The position numbers and the translations under genes were made by a program. 58,049 bases of DNA, taken from assembly GCA_003152455.1 (NCBI GenBank), contig PMAF01000314.1:1-58049 (forward strand), written 5' to 3'. The stretch comes from Hyphomicrobiales bacterium. GTDB taxonomy: Bacteria > Pseudomonadota > Alphaproteobacteria > Rhizobiales > Xanthobacteraceae. The notes beneath the pieces were generated by a model, which worked only from the letters and a program-made list of their open reading frames with translations, was not told the DNA's origin and did no database searches. Numbering within the stretch: position 1 is the first letter of the stretch; the number at the start of each line of letters is the position of its first letter. Positions 23,521-31,452 of the stretch are shown here, one piece after another.

Positions 23521-23943
23521 TTAGCCAAATCGGGCAACGACATCGCTCGGAATGGCGACGCCGCCGATCTTGTCGGGATTGTCCTTGTCACGCGCCGTCC
23601 ATACCCGCGTCTCGGCCCCGTCCACCCCCAGTTTCCCGCCGACGGTTAGCTGGTGTTCGACATCGAAGCTGGAGCGGCGAAACTCGGTCACCCGCGAGGC
23701 GATTTCCACCACGTCGCCGAATTTTATGGGTTTCAGAAAATTGGCGCGCGCATCCACCAGTGGAATGCCGATAATGTCGAAGCTTTCCGCCAGCTCATGC
23801 GCGGTCACGCCGAGTGCTGCTTCGAACAGCATCCAGGTGCTGACGTCGAACATCTCGAAAAAACGGCTGTTGAACACGATGCCAGCCGGATCGCACTGGC
23901 CCCATTCGACGGTCAATTGTCTGCGGAATGTGAAAGACGCCAA
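23521..23943 (-). CDS. Acyl-CoA thioesterase, 4HBT-I hotdog family
   Basis: VEWGQCDPAGIVFNSRFF catalytic Asp motif, PLVDARANFLKP; TTG start at 23943 after GGAGA. Confidence 0.88.
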   Translation of the reverse strand: MASFTFRRQLTVEWGQCDPAGIVFNSRFFEMFDVSTWMLFEAALGVTAHELAESFDIIGIPLVDARANFLKPIKFGDVVEIASRVTEFRRSSFDVEHQLTVGGKLGVDGAETRVWTARDKDNPDKIGGVAIPSDVVARFG

Positions 23944-23980
23944 GCGATTTGTCTCCGACCTTTGGCGGCGGATTATAGCA

Positions 23981-24652
23981 TTACTTCGTGAGCTTGACCC
24001 GGCGCTCGCGCGGTACCGGCCATTCCGTGACATCCTGCGATTTCAGTTCGACCCGGGTCGTGCGGCGGCGTCGCCGCAAAGCGTGCTTTGGCGCTAACGG
24101 CTGATGCGGGAAATCATCGAGTGCCACCATCAGCCAGTCGAGATCATCGGGTGCTATAAACCACCGCGCAGGCGCGTAGCGGGCGAGCGAGAACGGCTTT
24201 GAATAAGCCAGCATCGATTTCTTGCCGCCATCTAGATTGTATTCGTGGGCGTAGGTCATCATCAGCTCGCGCGGGCTGCGGTAGATCGGATCGCGCCAGC
24301 GCAAGACGGCATGGTTGGTCTTGCTGATCGCGCCCCATAGACTGCGCTCCCGGAATAGCGTGACGATGTGGTCCTGGTCGCTGGGCAGCGACTGGATATC
24401 CACGAGCCACGCCGGCTTGCCGTGATAGACAAAGGCGGCGACGGCGAGGACCGCCGCTTCCGCGCAATGGGCGGTGCGCGTCTTCAGCACGCGGCGCGGC
24501 GACATGCAGGTGTCGCCCTTGAGCTCGAAATTGGGTGGCAGCTTTTCGATGTAGGTCTGAATTTTTTGCGGCGTATCGAGGCGCGCCAGCACCCGGTGTT
24601 CGGCGGGCGTCAGCAGCGCGCGGAGGCGTTTTTGGTGGGCGGTGGCGGTCAT
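23981..24652 (-). CDS. Hypothetical protein with a possible transglutaminase-like Cys/His catalytic core
   Basis: Good codon usage; TAHCAEAA, DQDHIV, WGAISKTN, WRDPIY motifs. Confidence 0.65.
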   Translation of the reverse strand: MTATAHQKRLRALLTPAEHRVLARLDTPQKIQTYIEKLPPNFELKGDTCMSPRRVLKTRTAHCAEAAVLAVAAFVYHGKPAWLVDIQSLPSDQDHIVTLFRERSLWGAISKTNHAVLRWRDPIYRSPRELMMTYAHEYNLDGGKKSMLAYSKPFSLARYAPARWFIAPDDLDWLMVALDDFPHQPLAPKHALRRRRRTTRVELKSQDVTEWPVPRERRVKLTK

Positions 24653-24909
24653 GCGGGCCGCAACTCTATCCGGGCGCCGCGGGCGGCGGAGGTGCCAGCG
24701 CCAATGGCTCCACAGTTAAGTTTTCTAGCCGTCCGCCCGTGAAAACCGGCAGCACCGGCGTTCTGCCGAAGTCAGCCGTGAAAGGAAATTGTTACCCCAC
24801 CGGCGCCCGGAATCAGGAAATATCTTCTTATTTTCCAGGGGTTATTGCGATTACACAGAATTAGCTTCTATTTACGGGCTTCTGTCGACCCTGCGGGAGC
24901 TTGAAAGCG

Positions 24910-25038
24910 GTGAGCGATTTTTCCCAAGAACAGCGGCGCCTTCTGGCGGACATCTCGCCAGACGATTGGGTCGTGGCGATCGCGACCGCCCTGCTAGCGT
25001 TTGTTCTTCTCGGCATTCTGCCGCGCATGTTCTGGTAA
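24910..25038 (+). CDS. Small 42-aa putative single-pass membrane protein (below the ORF-track cutoff)
   Basis: GTG...TAA reads MSDFSQEQRRLLADISPDDWVVAIATALLAFVLLGILPRMFW; GGGAG upstream; ends 12 nt before cysJ. Confidence 0.6.
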   Translation: MSDFSQEQRRLLADISPDDWVVAIATALLAFVLLGILPRMFW

Positions 25039-25050
25039 GGCGCCGCGCCC

Positions 25051-26811
25051 ATGTCATCCAGTTTCGCCACCATCCCGAAGACCGCGCCATTCGCCGAGGA
25101 GGAGATCGACCTGCTCAACCGCGTGGTCGGGCCGGCCAATGCGCTGCAGCGCGCCTGGCTGGCGGGCTTCCTCGCCGGCGTCGAATCGGTCACCGGGCAG
25201 GCGCAGCCGGCAGCACCGGCGCGCCCGGCCGAGCCGCTTACGATTGTCTATGCCAGCGAGTCCGGCAATAGCGAGAAGCTCGCGAACGATCTCGCCAAGG
25301 CCGCGCGCAAAAACGGCCTGAAGCCGACGCTCATCGACATGGTCGATCTCGAACCGTCCGATCTCACGAAGGCCAAGCGCCTTGTATTCATCGCCGCCAC
25401 CTGGGGCGAGGGCGAGCCGCCGGCGCGCGCCGTGCGCGCCTATGCCGAATTGATGGGTGAGGGCACCCCGCGCCTCGACGGCGTCGAATTCGGCGTGCTG
25501 GCGCTCGGCGACACGGCCTATGCGGAATTCTGCGCCATCGGCAAAAAGATCGACGAGCGGCTGGCCGCGTTGGGCGGAAAACGCGTGGTCGAGCGGGTCG
25601 ATTGCGATCTCGATTTCGCCGCGCCGGCAACCGCCTGGATCGGCGATGCTCTGAAAGTTCTCACCCCGCCCGATGCCAACCGCGGCCAAGGCAACGGTCA
25701 AGTGATCGAGGTCGATTTCGGCAAGCCGCAGGCTGCGCCGAACACCAACATTGTCGAGGCCGAGATCAGCGAGCACGTTAATCTCAATTCCTCGCGCTCG
25801 AACAAGGAAACCATCCATCTCGCGCTCACCTTCGAGGGCGCCATGCCGGCCTACGAGCCGGGCGACTCGCTCGATCTTTATGCCGAGAACGACCCGGAAT
25901 ATGTCGATGAGCTACTCAATCTCGCCGGGCTCTCCGGCGACGACACGCTGCGTGCCGAACTCATCGCGTCGCGCGACGTGACCACGCTGTCGCTCAAGAC
26001 CGTCGACACCTACGTGGCCCAGACCGGCCACACTTACGTCAAGGCACTGATCGAGGACGGTCAGGCCAAGGAATGGATCGTGGGCCGCCAGCTCATCGAC
26101 CTGATCGCTACATTTCCGATCGCGCTCACCGCTGATCATCTGCGCGCGGTGACGCGGCCGCTGGCGCCGCGCGCCTATTCGATCGCGTCGTCGCGCCGCG
26201 AAGTGGGCGACGAAGCGCATTTGCTGATTTCGGCCGTGCGCTATGACAGCCACGGCCGCGCGCGCAAAGGCGTCGCTTCGAATTACGTGGCCGAGCGGCT
26301 CAAACGCGGCGGCCGGGTGCGGGTGAAGCTAAAGCCCAACAAGCATTTCGCCATTGCGCCGGCGGACGAGGACATCATCATGGTCGGCCCCGGCACCGGG
26401 GTCGCGCCGTTCCGCGCTTTCGTGCAGGAGCGCCGCGCCACGGCGGCGAAGGGTCGAAGCTGGCTGTTCTTCGGCGACCGCCAGTTCACCCACGATTTCC
26501 TCTACCAGCTCGATTGGCAGGATGCGCTCAAGGACGGCGCGCTCACCCGCATGGACGTTGCCTTCTCGCGCGACACGCCGGGCAAGGTCTATGTCCAGAA
26601 CAAGCTCTGGGACAGGCGCCACGATCTGATCGAATGGCTCGACGGCGGCGCCAGTTTCTACGTCTGCGGCGATGCCAAGCACATGGCGAAAGACGTGCGC
26701 GCCACTTTGGTGCGCGTTTTTGCCGAGGTGAAGGCGCTGTCGCCGGAAGTCGCCGAGCAGGCGGTGGCGGGCCTGGAGCGCGACAAGCGCTACCTGCAGG
26801 ACACGTATTGA
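25051..26811 (+). CDS. cysJ: Sulfite reductase NADPH flavoprotein
   Basis: Flavodoxin YASESGNSE, RAYSIASS, MVGPGTGVAPF, YVCGDA, C-terminal RYLQDTY. Confidence 0.9.
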   Translation: MSSSFATIPKTAPFAEEEIDLLNRVVGPANALQRAWLAGFLAGVESVTGQAQPAAPARPAEPLTIVYASESGNSEKLANDLAKAARKNGLKPTLIDMVDLEPSDLTKAKRLVFIAATWGEGEPPARAVRAYAELMGEGTPRLDGVEFGVLALGDTAYAEFCAIGKKIDERLAALGGKRVVERVDCDLDFAAPATAWIGDALKVLTPPDANRGQGNGQVIEVDFGKPQAAPNTNIVEAEISEHVNLNSSRSNKETIHLALTFEGAMPAYEPGDSLDLYAENDPEYVDELLNLAGLSGDDTLRAELIASRDVTTLSLKTVDTYVAQTGHTYVKALIEDGQAKEWIVGRQLIDLIATFPIALTADHLRAVTRPLAPRAYSIASSRREVGDEAHLLISAVRYDSHGRARKGVASNYVAERLKRGGRVRVKLKPNKHFAIAPADEDIIMVGPGTGVAPFRAFVQERRATAAKGRSWLFFGDRQFTHDFLYQLDWQDALKDGALTRMDVAFSRDTPGKVYVQNKLWDRRHDLIEWLDGGASFYVCGDAKHMAKDVRATLVRVFAEVKALSPEVAEQAVAGLERDKRYLQDTY

Positions 26812-26833
26812 TCCTGCTTTAGTTGGAAAGCCA

Positions 26834-28555
26834 ATGACCGACGACGTTTCGCGCAACGAGCGCATCAAGGAAGCGAGCGATTATCTGCGCGGTACGCTCG
26901 CCGAAGGCCTAGCTGAGGAAATCACCGGCGCCATCGTCGAGGACGACCAGCAGCTGGTGAAGTTCCACGGCATGTATCTGCAGGACGACCGCGACCTGCG
27001 GCCCGAGCGCACCCGAAAGAAGATGGAGAAGGCCTTCGCCTTCATGATCCGCGTGCGTGTTCCCGGCGGCGTGCTGTCGCCGGCGCAATGGCTGGCGCTC
27101 GACCAGGTGGCGCGCGATTACGGCAACCACACCATGCGGCTGACCACGCGACAGACGGTACAGCTGCACGGCATCATCAAATCGAATCTGAAGGCGACGC
27201 TGAAGGAAATCGATGCGGCGCTACTGAATTCGATCGCGGCCTGCGGCGACGTCAACCGCAACGTGATGTGCGGCGCCAACCCCGAGCAGGGCCCGGCCCA
27301 TGCGGCCGCGCTGGAACTGGCGCGCAAGGTCTCGGATCACCTGACGCCGCAGACACCGGCCTACCGCGAAATCTGGCTCGACGGCGAGCGCATCGCCGGC
27401 GGTGAGGACAACGTGGTGGAGCCGATCTACGGCAAGACCTACCTGCCGCGCAAATTCAAGATCGTGGCGGCGGTGCCGCCCTCCAACGATGTCGACGTGT
27501 TCGCGCATGATCTCGGCTTCATCGCAGTCCTCGACGACAAAGGCGGCGTGACAGGGTGGAATGTGACCGTTGGCGGCGGGATGGGAATGACCCACGGCGA
27601 GGAGGACACCTACCCTCGCACCGCCGACTTGATGGGCTTTTGCGCGACCAAAGACGCCGTGGCGATTGCCGAGGCCGTGGTCACCGTGCAGCGAGACTGG
27701 GGCGACCGCTTGAACCGCAAGCACGCACGGTTGAAATACACTATCGAGGACCGCGGGCTCGATTTCTTCCGCGCCGAAGTCGTGCGCCGCGCGAAGGTTG
27801 TCGTTGAACCGGCAAAGCCGTTCAAGTTCACCTCGACCGGCGACCGCTACGGCTGGAGCCAGGCCGCCGACGGCCGCAGTCATCTGACGCTGTTCGTCCA
27901 AAACGGCCGGCTGTTCGATCATGCCAGTGCGAAGCAATTATCGGCGCTGCGCCAGATCGCGCAAAGCCATGATGGAAATTTCCGCATCACGCCCAACCAG
28001 AACCTGATCGTCGCCAATATTCCGATCGAGCGGCAGACCGAGATCCACTGGATCGCCAAAGAGGCGGGGCTGCTGGCGCCCTGGTCCGGCCTGCGGCGCA
28101 ATTCCATGGCTTGCGTCGCGTTGCCGACTTGCGGATTAGCGCTGGCCGAAAGCGAACGCTATCTGCCCGATCTGATGACGGCGCTCGATGAGAGCCTCGC
28201 GGCGCACGGGCTCTCTTCCGACGATATCGTCATCCGCATGACCGGCTGTCCGAACGGCTGTGCGCGGCCTTATCTGGCGGAAATCGGCTTGGTCGGCAAA
28301 GGGCCGGGCCGCTACAATCTTTATCTTGGCGCCGCCTTCGACGGCTCGCGGCTGTCGAAGCTCTATGCCGAGGATTTCGATCACAACGCGATCGTCGCGG
28401 CGCTCGATTCCGTGTTCGCGGCTTACGCCGCCGAGCGTCAGAAGGGCGAACGCTTCGGCGATTTCACCATTCGCACCGGCTTAGTCGCCGCCACCGGAAA
28501 CGGCCGCGACTTCCACGCCAATGTGGGTAAGCAAGCCGGACGCGCGGCGCGGTGA
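26834..28555 (+). CDS. cysI: Sulfite reductase hemoprotein
   Basis: NERIKEASDYLRGT, KFHGMYLQDDRD, AACGDVNRN, YLPRKFK, CVALPTC and GCPNGC siroheme/Fe-S ligands. Confidence 0.95.
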   Translation: MTDDVSRNERIKEASDYLRGTLAEGLAEEITGAIVEDDQQLVKFHGMYLQDDRDLRPERTRKKMEKAFAFMIRVRVPGGVLSPAQWLALDQVARDYGNHTMRLTTRQTVQLHGIIKSNLKATLKEIDAALLNSIAACGDVNRNVMCGANPEQGPAHAAALELARKVSDHLTPQTPAYREIWLDGERIAGGEDNVVEPIYGKTYLPRKFKIVAAVPPSNDVDVFAHDLGFIAVLDDKGGVTGWNVTVGGGMGMTHGEEDTYPRTADLMGFCATKDAVAIAEAVVTVQRDWGDRLNRKHARLKYTIEDRGLDFFRAEVVRRAKVVVEPAKPFKFTSTGDRYGWSQAADGRSHLTLFVQNGRLFDHASAKQLSALRQIAQSHDGNFRITPNQNLIVANIPIERQTEIHWIAKEAGLLAPWSGLRRNSMACVALPTCGLALAESERYLPDLMTALDESLAAHGLSSDDIVIRMTGCPNGCARPYLAEIGLVGKGPGRYNLYLGAAFDGSRLSKLYAEDFDHNAIVAALDSVFAAYAAERQKGERFGDFTIRTGLVAATGNGRDFHANVGKQAGRAAR

Positions 28556-28681
28556 GGCCGGTGCGAAGGCGCGGCACGGGCTTGCTTAAGTATTCGACCG
28601 GCGTTGCTGCTTTGCAAGGCAAGCGCCCAAATGAAGTTCCATCGAGTAAAAATCCTATAAACATATCAACGCATTCCGGGC

Positions 28682-28697
28682 TGGCACGCTCCTTGCT
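28682..28697 (+). promoter_or_regulatory. Sigma54 -24/-12 promoter for FNT-nirA
   Basis: TGGCAC-GCTCC-TTGCT with exact GG-N10-GC spacing, about 85 nt upstream of the FNT start. Confidence 0.8.
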
Positions 28698-28780
28698 GCC
28701 ATGCAGCATAAATTTAGCGGCGGCCGGCCAGACTATTCTGCGCACCGATCTTGGCGACCGCCATAACAGGGAGTCGAGAA

Positions 28781-29614
28781 ATGGATTACGTAAAGCCTGT
28801 CGACGTCGCCAGCGCCATGATCGAAACCGGCCGCCGCAAGCTCGGCATGTCGGCTGCCGACTGCCTCATTCGCGGTGCGCTCGCCGGCGGCATACTGGCC
28901 GCGGCCACCAGCCTTGCCATTACCGGTACGGTGCAGACCGGGCAGCCGCTGGTCGGCGCGCTTATTTTCCCGGTCGGCCTCATTCTCATCGTGCTGCTCG
29001 GCCTCGATCTTGTGACCGGCAGTTTCGCCTTGCTGCCGCTGCCCTGGCTCGAAAAGGATGCCAGCAGTTCGACCCTACTCACCAAGTGGGCATTCGTCTT
29101 TATCGGCAATTTGATCGGCAGCGTCGTCTATGGCGGGTTGCTGGCGATCGTGCTGACCAATTTCGGCACCGCCGCGCCGGCTGGCGTTGCGGCCAAGATC
29201 GTGGCGATCGCCGAGGCCAAGACCATCGGCTACGCGGCCATCGGCCATGCCGGTCTGATCACCGTCTTCGTCAAGGCGATGCTGTGCAACTGGATGGTCT
29301 GCCTCGCCATCGTCGCGGCCATGACCACCAATTCGACCATCGGCAAGATCGCTTGCGCCTATATGCCGATCTTCATCTTCTTCGCCCAAGGCTTCGAACA
29401 CTCGGTGGTGAACATGTTCATCATCCCGACCGGCATGATGATGGGCGCCAAGATCACGGTCGCCGAGTGGTGGCTGTGGAATCAGATCCCGGTCACGATC
29501 GGCAATCTGGTCGGCGGTTTCATTTTCACAGGCTTGGCGATTTACATCACGCACAAGCCGAGCAAGTCCGCCCCCGCACCGCTGACCATGCCGACGCAGG
29601 TGCCGGCGGAATGA
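28781..29614 (+). CDS. Formate/nitrite transporter (NirC-like)
   Basis: LVTGSF, FIGNLIG, CNWMVCLA, GFEHSVVNM, IGNLVGG; GGGAG RBS. Confidence 0.9.
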   Translation: MDYVKPVDVASAMIETGRRKLGMSAADCLIRGALAGGILAAATSLAITGTVQTGQPLVGALIFPVGLILIVLLGLDLVTGSFALLPLPWLEKDASSSTLLTKWAFVFIGNLIGSVVYGGLLAIVLTNFGTAAPAGVAAKIVAIAEAKTIGYAAIGHAGLITVFVKAMLCNWMVCLAIVAAMTTNSTIGKIACAYMPIFIFFAQGFEHSVVNMFIIPTGMMMGAKITVAEWWLWNQIPVTIGNLVGGFIFTGLAIYITHKPSKSAPAPLTMPTQVPAE

Positions 29615-31452
29615 CGACGGAAGCCGGCAGCGATCTCAAGCTGGCGGCCGCAACGGCAACTGGCGACTTCGAGCCCGAACAGAAGCGCTATCTGGAGGGC
29701 TTTGCCGCCGGCTTGCAGATCGCCAAGACGGCGAAGGGGCTTTCAGGCTCCCTTGCCGGCTCCGCCGCGGGGCTGACGGGCGCGCTGGCCGCGCCCGCGC
29801 CGGTCGGCCCCGATGCCGCCGCGTTCAAGGCGCAGGACCGCGTGCTCAAGGCCGGCGGCAAGCTGTCGGACCCGGAGAAGTTCAAGCGCGAGCAGCATCC
29901 GTTCGATAGCTACGAGCGGCTGAAGGATCTCGCCGCCAAGAACGAATATCCCAAGCCGCCGGACAATTTCCGCTGGCGCTTTTTCGGGTTGTTCTACGTG
30001 GCGCCGAACCAGAACTCCTACATGTGCCGGCTGCGCATGCCGAACGGCATCCTCAAAGCCGCGCAGTTCGCCGGTGTCGCCGATCTGGCCGAGCGCTATG
30101 GCGGCGGCTACGCCCACGTCACCACCCGCGCCAATCTGCAGATCCGTGAGATCGAGGCCAAGAACGCGGTCAACATGATTGAGGGGGTGCAGGACCTCGG
30201 CCTGTGCTCGCGCGGCTCCGGCGCCGACAATATCCGCAACGTCACCGGCACGCCTACCGCCGGCATCGACCGGCAGGAACTGATCGACACGCGTCCCTAT
30301 GCGCGCGAATGGCACTTCCACATTCTCAACGACCGCTCGCTCTACGGCCTGCCGCGCAAGTTCAACGTCGGCTTTGACGGCGCCGGCATCATTCCGGTGC
30401 TAGAGGACACCAACGACATCGGCTTCCAGGCCGTGCAGGTGAACGACGGCTTCGGGCTTGAGCCAGGCGTCTGGTTCCGGCTTTGCCTAGGCGGGCTCAC
30501 CGGGCACCACAGCTTTGCCGGCGACACCGGCGTCCTGGTCAAGCCAGCCGACGCCACCAAGGTCGCCGACGCCGTGGTGCGCGTGTTCATCGATACCGGC
30601 GACCGCACCGACCGCACCAAGGCGCGGCTCAAATATGTGCTCGACAAATTGGGCGTCGAGAAATTCCTCGGGCTGATGGAGGAAAAACTCGGCCGCAGGC
30701 TCGACCGCGCCGTGCCCGGCGCGCTGGCGCCGCGTCCGGCTTTCAGCCGCACCGCGCATCTCGGCATTCGCGCGCAGAAGCAGGACGGCCTGCACTGGAT
30801 CGGCGTGGTCGTGCCGGTCGGCCGCTTGACGGTCGCGCAGATGAAGGGCCTGGCCGATATCGCGCGCGACCTCGGCGACGGCGATATCCGGCTCACCGTG
30901 TGGCAGAACCTGCTGATCTCTGGCGTGCCCACGGCCAAGCTGGACGAGGCACAAGCGAAGATCGAAGGTCTCGGCCTCGCCATCGAGACCAACGCGATCC
31001 GCGCCGGCCTCGTCGCTTGCACCGGCAATACCGGCTGCAAGTTCGCCGCCTCCGACACCAAACGGCATGCCGAGGAGATCGCGCGCTGGTGCGAGACGCG
31101 CGTTCCGCTCGACACGCCGGTCAACATCCATCTCACCGGCTGCCATCATTCCTGCGCGCAGCATTTCGTCAGCGAGATCGGCCTGCTGGCCTGCAAGGTC
31201 GAGGTCGGCGAGGACGCCGATCCGGTCGAGGGCTATCATTTGCTGATCGGCGGCGGCTTCGGCCCTTACGCGGTGCTCGGCCGCGAACTCTATCGCGACG
31301 TCAAGGCGGCGGACACGCCGAAAACGGTCGAGCGCGTGCTCAAGACCTATCTGGCGCATCGCCAATCGCGCCAGGAAACCTTCATCGCTTTTGCGCGCCG
31401 GCACGAGATCGACGCGCTCAAATCGATGGTCGAGCTGGAGGCGGTGGAATGA
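29611..31452 (+). CDS. nirA: NirA-family siroheme nitrite reductase
   Basis: FRWRFFGLFY, CRLRMPNG, SGADNIRNV, LPRKFN, ACTGNTGC, GCHHSC; ATGA coupling to FNT. Confidence 0.88.
   Translation: MTTEAGSDLKLAAATATGDFEPEQKRYLEGFAAGLQIAKTAKGLSGSLAGSAAGLTGALAAPAPVGPDAAAFKAQDRVLKAGGKLSDPEKFKREQHPFDSYERLKDLAAKNEYPKPPDNFRWRFFGLFYVAPNQNSYMCRLRMPNGILKAAQFAGVADLAERYGGGYAHVTTRANLQIREIEAKNAVNMIEGVQDLGLCSRGSGADNIRNVTGTPTAGIDRQELIDTRPYAREWHFHILNDRSLYGLPRKFNVGFDGAGIIPVLEDTNDIGFQAVQVNDGFGLEPGVWFRLCLGGLTGHHSFAGDTGVLVKPADATKVADAVVRVFIDTGDRTDRTKARLKYVLDKLGVEKFLGLMEEKLGRRLDRAVPGALAPRPAFSRTAHLGIRAQKQDGLHWIGVVVPVGRLTVAQMKGLADIARDLGDGDIRLTVWQNLLISGVPTAKLDEAQAKIEGLGLAIETNAIRAGLVACTGNTGCKFAASDTKRHAEEIARWCETRVPLDTPVNIHLTGCHHSCAQHFVSEIGLLACKVEVGEDADPVEGYHLLIGGGFGPYAVLGRELYRDVKAADTPKTVERVLKTYLAHRQSRQETFIAFARRHEIDALKSMVELEAVE

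Noticed and set aside
28571-28586. Second sigma54-like site GGCACGGGCTTGCT
   Set aside because: GG-to-GC spacing is 9 rather than the required 10.
28552-29610. Apparent 966-aa NirA fusion
   Set aside because: The upstream part is an off-frame read of the FNT gene; nirA starts at 29611.
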